From positions 1 to 54,917 of IMG/VR virus record IMGVR_UViG_3300042402_002325: a stretch of 54,917 nt of DNA; one strand, 5' to 3'. The notes under the pieces were generated by a model. That model searched no databases, was not told the DNA's origin, and saw only the letters and a list, made by a program, of their open reading frames with translations. The DNA comes from a virus (Duplodnaviria > Caudoviricetes). The position numbers and the translations under genes are program-made. Below are positions 37,567 through 45,226 of the stretch, piece after piece (the stretch's first letter is position 1; each line of letters opens with the position of its first letter).

Positions 37567-37595
37567 CAAGCAGTTTTAAAACTTGCTTAGGTTTT
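37567..37595 (-). ncRNA. mini-pseudoknot repeat, copy 6
   Basis: AAAAC-CTAAGCAA-GTTTT-AAAAC-TGCTTG. Confidence 0.6.
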
Positions 37596-37600
37596 TTATT

Positions 37601-37825
37601 TTACAAGTTAGGATTGTATCTTGTTGATTGTTGCATGTGTGCAAACACATCTCGTTCATCTACCATGCAAGCAGAATAAAATTTATCCTCATCAAATCTT
37701 GGATTGTCAGAAGCAAACCATTCGCTAAATTCAAAAACTAAATCTTGAAAATCTAGTGAGTCAATTTTATTGATAAACTTATTTAGAATGCTTGCAGTTT
37801 CTACATAGTCTTTGCGTGTCATCAT
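37601..37825 (-). CDS. hypothetical protein (MTRKDY...DNPRFD..KF..AC)
   Basis: Operon ORF with a phage small-protein motif. Confidence 0.75.
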   Translation of the reverse strand: MMTRKDYVETASILNKFINKIDSLDFQDLVFEFSEWFASDNPRFDEDKFYSACMVDERDVFAHMQQSTRYNPNL

Positions 37826-38028
37826 TATTGGACCACCTTTAGAATTGCGTATGAACCGCCTGCGTTAATTTCATCAAGGATAGGTCCTAACTTTGGAGCG
37901 ATTAACTCTTTTAGCATTGACTCAAGCATTTGTATGCGTAGTGTTTCAGGTAGTGCACTCATTGTTGCAGTTACAGGGTGGCCCTCTTGAAATTCAGTTA
38001 CGAATTTTAGGTTGTGTTCAATTTTCAT
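37825..38028 (-). CDS. hypothetical protein
   Basis: Operon ORF. Confidence 0.7.
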   Translation of the reverse strand: MKIEHNLKFVTEFQEGHPVTATMSALPETLRIQMLESMLKELIAPKLGPILDEINAGGSYAILKVVQ

Positions 38029-38048
38029 TTATTAGTTTTCCTATTCTT

Positions 38049-38246
38049 TTAGTTTGAGTTAGTAAGTGTACGAGTGCCACGAAGTGTGCCACTAATTCCA
38101 AGAGTATCGCAAGCGATTTTAACAGATACGCCAACAGGTAATTGTGTTGGGTATTGTGATACGAATTGAGCAACAGCACCACGAGAGGCGAGGTTGATTT
38201 TTTTAGTAGAACCATTAAAGGTTTCTAGTGTTACAGTGTAAGTCAT
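38049..38246 (-). CDS. hypothetical protein
   Basis: GAAAGGA RBS; own promoter. Confidence 0.7.
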   Translation of the reverse strand: MTYTVTLETFNGSTKKINLASRGAVAQFVSQYPTQLPVGVSVKIACDTLGISGTLRGTRTLTNSN

Positions 38247-38507
38247 TGAGTGACTTCCTTTCGTTTAATTGATAAGACTATCCTATCAGGGGGGTCTGAC
38301 AAATCTTGACATTTATTCGCTAGGCTCATTGTGATTTGTATCACACTTATTTGCTAGGCTCACTGCCTGATTTATCTTTATTTAATTGTATAAGTAGAAT
38401 ACTACACTACAAAAGCCAAAAAGTCAAGACGACACGCCGTAAATTGGAGAAATAATCGTGTGACCTTAAACACATTATTCCTGAGAGTCAACTGAGAAGC
38501 CCCGAGC

Positions 38508-38544
38508 AAAAAATCGCAGCTTTTTATTTCTGCGATCTTTTTTA
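38508..38544. terminator. probable bidirectional terminator
   Basis: AAAAAATCGCAG / CTGCGATCTTTTTT. Confidence 0.55.
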
Positions 38545-38605
38545 TTAACTATGAATTGCAATTACAAAAGCAAAACAAGTTATTGCGATTAGAATAACTA
38601 ACAAT

Positions 38606-38749
38606 TTATTCTCCTAACAATTCTAAAATCATTTGCAAATCTTTTTCATTTAGCAAAACTTGAGAAGCACCCCAAAGCCATGCAAGATAATTATCTCCGT
38701 GCTTTTCTTTTGCAAGAGTAGCAATGTCTTTTGTTAAAACTTCGTTCAT
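38606..38749 (-). CDS. 47-aa protein
   Basis: Manually read; AAGGAG RBS; TAATG coupling. Confidence 0.6.
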   Translation of the reverse strand: MNEVLTKDIATLAKEKHGDNYLAWLWGASQVLLNEKDLQMILELLGE

Positions 38750-38913
38750 TAGTTATTCTCCTTGTATAAAAAGTCCCAAGCCTCACGGCATAACACAATT
38801 GATTTGCAATTGTCACAACAGATAACCCCATGAGGGTTAAGGTCTAAGTCATAGACATCAACCATTGTAGATGTAGCACCGCATACTGATGCTAAAGGTA
38901 AAAAAGTACTCAT
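38749..38913 (-). CDS. 54-aa Cys-rich protein
   Basis: Manually read; TAATG coupling. Confidence 0.6.
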   Translation of the reverse strand: MSTFLPLASVCGATSTMVDVYDLDLNPHGVICCDNCKSIVLCREAWDFLYKENN

Positions 38914-39059
38914 TAGTTTTCTTCTTTCTCTAAAAGGTATTGATTATTAAGAGGGCGACTATTGCTAGAGAACATAGCCTCTATGCTAGCCTTATTTTTT
39001 TCTAATTGAGCAAGTCTTTTTTCTTGTTGCTCTTTAAGTATTCTGTTATAAGTATCCAT
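38913..39059 (-). CDS. 48-aa protein (MDTYNRILKEQQ...)
   Basis: Manually read; GGGAG RBS. Confidence 0.6.
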   Translation of the reverse strand: MDTYNRILKEQQEKRLAQLEKNKASIEAMFSSNSRPLNNQYLLEKEEN

Positions 39060-39064
39060 TACGA

Positions 39065-39289
39065 TTACTCCCAACTTCTAGTTGTAGCGAACACCTGACG
39101 ATTGCTAGGTGTGTAGTTTTCTAACTCTGTTAGAGAAACTTCTAGGATAGTACCTCTTTGAGATACTAGGTCTAAGTACTCATTAGCGTATACTTCGCTA
39201 GGTACTGTTAGAGAAACATTACCAAACTCTTTTGATAGAGGGTAGTTAGGATTAGAGTTATACTCTACTTTGTATTTTAGTGAAAACAT
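39065..39289 (-). CDS. hypothetical protein
   Basis: AAAGGA RBS; first gene of the leftward arm. Confidence 0.7.
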   Translation of the reverse strand: MFSLKYKVEYNSNPNYPLSKEFGNVSLTVPSEVYANEYLDLVSQRGTILEVSLTELENYTPSNRQVFATTRSWE

Positions 39290-39424
39290 TTTGTTTTCCT
39301 TTCTTAGTTAAAACCTTTTTAACTTTCTTTATACTAGTAAGTATAACAGAGGGGTCTGACAAATTGGGGGGTGCAAAACGGACATTTAGGACATTGTGAC
39401 GTAGAACACATGTGACGTACATCA

Positions 39425-39445
39425 TGTGGATAAACCTGTGGATAA
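39425..39445 (-). promoter_or_regulatory. two perfect DnaA boxes at the divergence point
   Basis: TGTGGATAA at 39425 and 39437. Confidence 0.65.
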
Positions 39446-39558
39446 CTGCCCGAGGCGGTGTGGGCTAAATCACATGCGACACGCCGTGTTTGGACTTGCA
39501 TTTGTCAGGGTAGTGTGATAGTATTCTACTATACAAACTAAAGAAAGGTGTTCATCAA

Positions 39559-39732
39559 ATGGATACACTAAACAGAGTAAGAGCAGAACAACAAGCACGC
39601 TATGCGGTAGCCCATGAGAAGGCTATGGCTAAGTCCCCTTGGATTAGAGAGAGCGTGCAGGCATACCGCAACGCTACACCAGAGCAGATTGCTGAGGTAG
39701 AAGCCTACCGCAAGCGTATGCTTGGCTGGTAG
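39559..39732 (+). CDS. 57-aa protein (MDTLNRVRAEQQ...)
   Basis: AGAAAGGTG RBS after the promoter. Confidence 0.7.
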   Translation: MDTLNRVRAEQQARYAVAHEKAMAKSPWIRESVQAYRNATPEQIAEVEAYRKRMLGW

Positions 39733-39824
39733 TGTGACCAACACCACACGCTAAAAGCTTGACTTTTGTCCCTATCCCTACTAGTATTATCACTATCAAC
39801 AAACTACAGAAAGAAGAACAGACA

Positions 39825-39992
39825 ATGACAATCACATACTCAATTTGGCAAGGCTCTAAACTACTAAGCATTGACAACATCGCACATGAGGTCAAGGCTA
39901 TTGACCACCTCATCGCATCACTAAACGATAGCGAACTAGGCAAGGTCAAGAAGTTCACCGCTAACATTCAAAAGATTGAGGCAGGTAAGTAA
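39825..39992 (+). CDS. 55-aa protein
   Basis: TTGACT...TAGTAT promoter upstream. Confidence 0.65.
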   Translation: MTITYSIWQGSKLLSIDNIAHEVKAIDHLIASLNDSELGKVKKFTANIQKIEAGK

Positions 39993-39995
39993 GCA

Positions 39996-40139
39996 ATGAC
40001 TATTGAACTCAACGAATACGGATTCATGCTTGACATGGGTGACTTTATCTATCTATCACTATCATGGGCAATGTTATTGACTAGCGCAGTTATTATTGCA
40101 GGGTATAAGTTCTATACAGTACGAAAGGCTACTAAATGA
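39996..40139 (+). CDS. 47-aa single-TM protein
   Basis: Manually read. Confidence 0.55.
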   Translation: MTIELNEYGFMLDMGDFIYLSLSWAMLLTSAVIIAGYKFYTVRKATK

Positions 40140-40237
40140 CATCAGCACTTTACGCACACACATGCGAGACATGTGGAGACACAGGCATCATTCTATTTGA
40201 TGGCAACACCACACGCATAGACCCTTGCAAGTGTTAG
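40136..40237 (+). CDS. 33-aa Zn-ribbon peptide (CETCGDTG...PCKC)
   Basis: ATGA overlap with upstream gene. Confidence 0.55.
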   Translation: MTSALYAHTCETCGDTGIILFDGNTTRIDPCKC

Positions 40238-40256
40238 AGGGCGTACCAGTACCAAG

Positions 40257-40293
40257 ATGGTGGGCATACAGTAGTGTGCTCACTATTTTTTTT
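40257..40293 (+). terminator. intrinsic terminator
   Basis: TGGTGGGCATAC-AGTA-GTGTGCTCACTA followed by T8. Confidence 0.75.
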
Positions 40294-40391
40294 GTTATTT
40301 TTTTCTTTATACGTGTATCATACACAACTACAAAATATTCAGATTTTTGGGAAAATGAAAATATATTCAGATTAGTGGTATAATCGTACCT

Positions 40392-41003
40392 ATGACTATA
40401 TACGTAGATGGCTTTGAAAGATCTGGAAATACATTTTTGGGTGAGGCAATGGGATGGACACTTGAAACAGAGCTTTGGACTCTTCGCTCACACAAAATAT
40501 CTAACCTACAAGAAAAGCTACCAGAGCACATATTTGTAGTCCCAGTTAGAGATGCTCTACCTACTTTGGTTTCTGCCAAGGTATACAGAGATTATATCTG
40601 GGCTAATAACCTACAAGTAAATGATCGCACAGGAGACCCTGCAGAGCTTGTACAAAGACTTACAGAATACGTTGACTACCTATTGACTGACGAAGATGTC
40701 TTTATTGCTCCATTTGATAAGTTTACATCAGACCACAATGCTGTGATTGATACATTTGTAGCAAAGTATCCAGACTTTGATGTAGCCAACAGATACTCTG
40801 AAGAAGAAATAGTTGAAAAGTCACCTTTGACAGAAGAGCAAAAGCAAGACCCATTTGTTGGTAATTTTAAAAGAGCTGGTGCTGATGAAGAAAAGGCAGC
40901 TGCTGAAAATATATTTTTAACTACATACGCATCAGAGATAGAAAGTATTCAGAATAAAATTAATACTCTTTATCAAAGATATGAAAACTATAACAAGATA
41001 TAG
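40392..41003 (+). CDS. sulfotransferase-like protein
   Basis: GFERSGNTFL (5'-PSB-like loop), SH, VRD...S. Confidence 0.55.
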   Translation: MTIYVDGFERSGNTFLGEAMGWTLETELWTLRSHKISNLQEKLPEHIFVVPVRDALPTLVSAKVYRDYIWANNLQVNDRTGDPAELVQRLTEYVDYLLTDEDVFIAPFDKFTSDHNAVIDTFVAKYPDFDVANRYSEEEIVEKSPLTEEQKQDPFVGNFKRAGADEEKAAAENIFLTTYASEIESIQNKINTLYQRYENYNKI

Positions 41004-41017
41004 GATACAATAAGAAT

Positions 41018-41104
41018 ATGACTGAAGATACATACGATGGACCATTGTGTTGTGCTGCATGCACATGCACTGCTTCACATAGCTCAAAGCCTAAAGACGA
41101 ATAA
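41018..41104 (+). CDS. 28-aa Cys-rich peptide
   Basis: TACAAT 6 nt before ATG; CCAACTC. Confidence 0.4.
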   Translation: MTEDTYDGPLCCAACTCTASHSSKPKDE

Positions 41105-41129
41105 TCTTAATATTTTAAAGGGGTAAACA

Positions 41130-41312
41130 ATGTCAATACTAGACAATCTTGAAGCCTATCTTGATTTTCTTGATCAAGAACCAGAAAACCTGTCTACAAA
41201 AATTTTTTCAGAAACGGTATGCATAAATTGCTCCGAAAAGGAATCTACCCATATGCCTAATACAGACAATATGGGCAGAGACAAGTTTTGGGAAAACTTA
41301 GAAATTATTTAG
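41130..41312 (+). CDS. hypothetical protein
   Basis: AGGGG RBS. Confidence 0.5.
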   Translation: MSILDNLEAYLDFLDQEPENLSTKIFSETVCINCSEKESTHMPNTDNMGRDKFWENLEII

Positions 41313-41512
41313 TCTTCAGTTTTTTCTAGTTCCCACATGCGTATATCAACAAAGCCGTATAGAGACTCGTACGCAGTTTTTTCTTCTTCTGCTTCAACGA
41401 TAATCCTAACACTTTCTTCAACGTTTAATCCTGGGCTGTAATCTTTTTGAGCATTTTCTTTGTAAGTCTCTTCTATTACGCTCAGTATAGGCTTATAGTA
41501 ATGCTTAGGCAA
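41309..41512 (-). CDS. hypothetical protein
   Basis: AGGAGG upstream of TTG. Confidence 0.55.
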   Translation of the reverse strand: MPKHYYKPILSVIEETYKENAQKDYSPGLNVEESVRIIVEAEEEKTAYESLYGFVDIRMWELEKTED

Positions 41513-41702
41513 TTATGTTCGCCTCCTTTAGCTTATCGTATACATTTGCTAGCATAAAGGCTAGAGATTGCTGGCTTTGCTCAATCTTTTCCTCAACTTC
41601 TTGTGCATTCATTCCATTTTGCAAACAAATGTTTCTGTTGTCTTCATTAAGGCTGTTTAGCATAAGGACAACTGTTTCTGTCTTTTTTTGTTCTTCAGTC
41701 AT
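41505..41702 (-). CDS. hypothetical protein
   Basis: Operon ORF. Confidence 0.65.
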   Translation of the reverse strand: MTEEQKKTETVVLMLNSLNEDNRNICLQNGMNAQEVEEKIEQSQQSLAFMLANVYDKLKEANIIA

Positions 41703-41706
41703 TTTA

Positions 41707-41904
41707 TCACCATTTCTCTATTGGACATTTTGCTTGTTCTAATTTAGTTTTGAGCTTCATAAAACAACCACACTTCATACAAGTCTGATTGCCTTTACGA
41801 AAGAACTCACACGTTTTACATATTGATAAACGGTATTGCTCAAGCTCTTCAGGACTTCTAGGAGAACCATTAATAAGATCCCAAGGACGAACCTCTTTGC
41901 TCAT
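41707..41904 (-). CDS. small Cys-rich protein (DUF6171-like)
   Basis: RLSICKTC...CMKCGCFM..K....CP..KW. Confidence 0.7.
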   Translation of the reverse strand: MSKEVRPWDLINGSPRSPEELEQYRLSICKTCEFFRKGNQTCMKCGCFMKLKTKLEQAKCPIEKW

Positions 41905-42506
41905 AATATCTCCAATTTTGTCGGTATACCAATGATATCACAAGAAACTGTAGTCCACAACTGATGAGACATAGTAGGACGTATAGTAGCAGACATTCCT
42001 GGTATATCCATTACATATTTATAGCCTTTGCCATGCTTAGATTCTTTTCTTGACCAATGCTCAAAACCATAATCAAGGTTTATTGCTTCAAAGACAAATA
42101 GATGATATGTCTTAGGATCAATTTTTGACGGGATAGAGGACCAATCCTGGTCTGCTTTGGCTAAACACACATAGTAATCAGCATGAGTAGATGCAACAGA
42201 CTCTACCATCTTCTCTAATGTCTCGTGTTTGCCAAGCCTAGACCCAGATATAACCAATGTAGCCTTCTCTGGGTCATATCTTCCTGACTTGACACTTATA
42301 CTATGCCCAGTATCTAAAGTCATGTCTATACTGATGCTATGGCTTCTATCAGGCTTCCAATCATTTGGCATACCGTTTTCATTTAGGACATCGGAAACTA
42401 GTTCTTCTAAAAATTCAGATGTACAAGGTAAACGATATACAGAATGATGGATTGCCAATTTAGATAGCAAGCCACCAATTAAAACATTTCTAAGTTCATC
42501 AAGCAT
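41901..42506 (-). CDS. putative PD-(D/E)XK nuclease-fold protein
   Basis: E...SID...ISVKS arrangement. Confidence 0.5.
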   Translation of the reverse strand: MLDELRNVLIGGLLSKLAIHHSVYRLPCTSEFLEELVSDVLNENGMPNDWKPDRSHSISIDMTLDTGHSISVKSGRYDPEKATLVISGSRLGKHETLEKMVESVASTHADYYVCLAKADQDWSSIPSKIDPKTYHLFVFEAINLDYGFEHWSRKESKHGKGYKYVMDIPGMSATIRPTMSHQLWTTVSCDIIGIPTKLEIL

Positions 42507-42694
42507 AGTAAACCCAGTGTATCAGACATGTTGGGATTGTGTCAATCCATGTGTGTCTGTGTAATGGTTTGATATCTCTATTTCGGCGACGACTTTAATA
42601 CAATTCATTTACTGGCGAAACTTAAAGGCAGCACTTTATTTTTTTGTATCTACCCGCCGAACTTTATCTTAAATAATGATATAATTATCTTATT

Positions 42695-42961
42695 ATGACA
42701 ATTCAAGATTGGGCTTCGTTGATTGTAGCAATTCTTACAATTGTCTCATCATTCGGTTTAGCTGTAAGATGGCTTGTAAAGCATTACCTAAGCGAGCTTA
42801 AGCCGAATTCTGGATCAAGCTTAAGAGACCAGGTTAATAGACTAGAGGCTGCTTTAGACGAGCAAAGAATAGATTCTATTGAATCTAGAAATCGCCAAGA
42901 ATCAAAGCTTGACGAGATGTATAGAATCTTGATTAAACATATTGCCAATACTGACAAATAA
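42695..42961 (+). CDS. TM plus coiled-coil protein
   Basis: N-terminal TM, ELKPNSGSSLRD, coiled coil. Confidence 0.75.
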   Translation: MTIQDWASLIVAILTIVSSFGLAVRWLVKHYLSELKPNSGSSLRDQVNRLEAALDEQRIDSIESRNRQESKLDEMYRILIKHIANTDK

Positions 42962-42978
42962 TATATCTATAATATATT

Positions 42979-43674
42979 ATGATTCCAAAAATAATATGGC
43001 AGACACATGAGCCTGAATATTTAGATCTTAAAAATAATCAATTAAACGTAATACATACTTGGAAAAATCTTAATCCTGATTGGGAGCATAAATATGTTAG
43101 CTCAAAATCTAGGGAAAAGGACATAGAGTCATTTGACAGCTTTTTGTATGAGTGCTATAAGGCTTCTAGCGGGGTAAATCAAGCAGACATATGGAGACTT
43201 GTCACTATCTATAACAATGGTGGGTTTTATGCTGATATGGACTCTATATGCCTAATGACTTTAGATGATTTGCTTTTAAATGATTATAATAACCAAGAAA
43301 TGATATGTACACCACCAGGATATCAAACAGATAGCTACGAGAATTGTTCTAATAATTCAAATTTTGCTGCAGTTAAAAATAGCACCATTATAAAATCAAT
43401 GCTAGATAAAATAATATTAGAGTATAAAAAAGAAAAAATAATGCTTGAAGCAAAAGGTTCTTCTTTAAATTCTCTTGTTGATGGCTACCCGTGTTGGCAA
43501 ATTTTTTGTGATATTTGCAGTATCAACAAAGATAAAATACTTTTCAATAAAGACTATGTAAAACACTGCCACGACTTTAAAGATAAATTTGAGGAAGATA
43601 TTGTGGTATTGTATAAAGGTCAAAAGATAAAATATTCAACTTTGTCTATAAGTAATAATTGGAATATATATTAA
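42979..43674 (+). CDS. GT32/OCH1-like DXD glycosyltransferase
   Basis: IPKIIWQT, DIWRL...GGFYADMD. Confidence 0.9.
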   Translation: MIPKIIWQTHEPEYLDLKNNQLNVIHTWKNLNPDWEHKYVSSKSREKDIESFDSFLYECYKASSGVNQADIWRLVTIYNNGGFYADMDSICLMTLDDLLLNDYNNQEMICTPPGYQTDSYENCSNNSNFAAVKNSTIIKSMLDKIILEYKKEKIMLEAKGSSLNSLVDGYPCWQIFCDICSINKDKILFNKDYVKHCHDFKDKFEEDIVVLYKGQKIKYSTLSISNNWNIY

Positions 43675-43898
43675 CTATATAATATCTTTTAAAAACCCTT
43701 ATACAGTATATTCTTTTCTTTATATATTTTAAGTATACACTATCCTTATTCTGGCTATTGTGTATAAAACGGACATTTGGTATATTTATCATTATAACTT
43801 TTTTGTAACAATTTCAAATACCCTGGCTTTATAAAATTTTTATGTCTAAAATGTCCAATTTGTATATATTTAAATAAATAATGTTATACTTTAAGTCT

Positions 43899-43952
43899 GC
43901 TAGTACTCAGATTCTAACCCACCCCACTGCGTCTGAGTACTAGCTTTATTTT
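43899..43952 (+). ncRNA. candidate small hairpin RNA/terminator
   Basis: 13-bp perfect stem GCTAGTACTCAGA/TCTGAGTACTAGC, C-rich loop, TGTTATACT upstream, T-rich tail. Confidence 0.5.
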
Positions 43953-43969
43953 ATGGTATAATCAATCAT

Positions 43970-44371
43970 ATGTGCACCCCAGCAATAGAAAAATTAGGAG
44001 CAACTCCAGCTCACATACAGTGGACAGTTGTTCGTGGAGATTCATCAAGCCTAGCTGTTCAATTTCTTGAAGATGATGAATCCACTGGCTGGGACATAGA
44101 GGATTGGGACTTTGCAGCAACTGCCTATGACGTATCTGGTGATTTTCTTGATGAGCTAGCAGTCAATATCTCTGGTCATACCGTAACAATTTTTGCATCA
44201 GCAGATCTTACAAAAAACTGGGGAACAAAATATACTTCAATAGTATCTGAATTACCATTTGACCTACAGGCAACCATACCCGCTGGAGAAGATGATATAG
44301 AACCAACTGTTTGGACTCCAGTACTTGGAACAATTTGTGTTCTGGGTGACATAACCCCTGGAGGTTTATAA
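43970..44371 (+). CDS. putative virion structural/adaptor protein
   Basis: Acidic beta-rich ORF (VRGD...FDLQ...TPVLGTI); leaderless start. Confidence 0.6.
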   Translation: MCTPAIEKLGATPAHIQWTVVRGDSSSLAVQFLEDDESTGWDIEDWDFAATAYDVSGDFLDELAVNISGHTVTIFASADLTKNWGTKYTSIVSELPFDLQATIPAGEDDIEPTVWTPVLGTICVLGDITPGGL

Positions 44372-44466
44372 TGCCAGTCATTAAAGTTGAGACATCTCAA
44401 ACAAACCTTCCACCAGTTATAAAAATTGGAAAAAAGGTTTTTAAGGTAAAGAAATAAAATCAGTCC

Positions 44467-45186
44467 ATGTCAACTAGCATGGATTTTCCAGGTAAGTCTA
44501 AAAAATATTCAGATAATGTAAACAACTCTTATCAACTTGAGCAGTCAGTTTCTTTTATAGCTGTACCTGGACCACAAGGAGAGCAGGGCCCAAAGGGTGA
44601 TAAAGGCGATTCTGGACCAGAAGGTAAACAAGGACCACAGGGAGAGCCTGGAAAACCTGGTAAAGATGGAAAAAACGGTAGGGATGGAATAGCAGGAGAA
44701 AGCAGCTTGTCTCCATCAGGTCAAAGAACTGGTTGGGCTCTTTATACAAATAAAGATCAAAAAGATATTACTCTTGGTGCAACAAAAGGAAATGATGGCT
44801 GGGTTAGCTTTAGCTTTGATTGTAGGGGCAAGAACAATGAACTTTATTTACCCGAAAATAACGTTTCGTTATATAATTCACAATCACAAAAAATCAACCT
44901 TAAAGCACTAAAGGTGGGATCAATTGTAACAGTACGTTATGATATTATTCTAACTACCCTTACCAACAACACTGAGGTTTGGTTTAGAACCTATATACCA
45001 GAGTCTGATTTTTGGCCTACTACCTTTGCTGGAAACCTAAAATATCAGTTCTCATACGACATGTCACTAGAGCACACCTTTTTTATAGAAAATGACATGG
45101 TTAGAAACTATGGTGGGTTGCCACAAATATTGACAGATAATGATGCTTCAATGGTTGCCAAATCTATTTATATATCTGTTAGGTAA
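44467..45186 (+). CDS. collagen-like protein with C-terminal globular domain
   Basis: About 15 Gly-X-Y triplets (GPQGEQGPKGDKG...). Confidence 0.85.
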   Translation: MSTSMDFPGKSKKYSDNVNNSYQLEQSVSFIAVPGPQGEQGPKGDKGDSGPEGKQGPQGEPGKPGKDGKNGRDGIAGESSLSPSGQRTGWALYTNKDQKDITLGATKGNDGWVSFSFDCRGKNNELYLPENNVSLYNSQSQKINLKALKVGSIVTVRYDIILTTLTNNTEVWFRTYIPESDFWPTTFAGNLKYQFSYDMSLEHTFFIENDMVRNYGGLPQILTDNDASMVAKSIYISVR

Positions 45187-45226
45187 AATATCAAAAACTG
45201 TATAATCTTATGGTACAATTACTGCT

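Larger units (their letters stand above)
33613..39524. promoter_or_regulatory. family of nine TGTCAG-N10-TANNNT promoters
   Basis: CTGACA at 33629, 34269, 34858, 35132, 36035, 37433, 38296, 39356 (- strand promoters) and TGTCAG at 39503 (+), each with identical spacing to a -10 hexamer. Confidence 0.8.
33701..39748. promoter_or_regulatory. CRP/GlxR-like TGTGA-N6-TCACA sites
   Basis: Perfect at 33701, 35187, 37488, 38330; one mismatch at 36185, 38459, 39395, 39459, 39733; all intergenic. Confidence 0.75.

Noticed and set aside
20097-37595. GAGCAGTTT...TGCTCAGG repeats as a CRISPR array
   Set aside because: Copies are dispersed and separated by whole genes, sequences covary rather than repeat exactly, and there are no cas genes.
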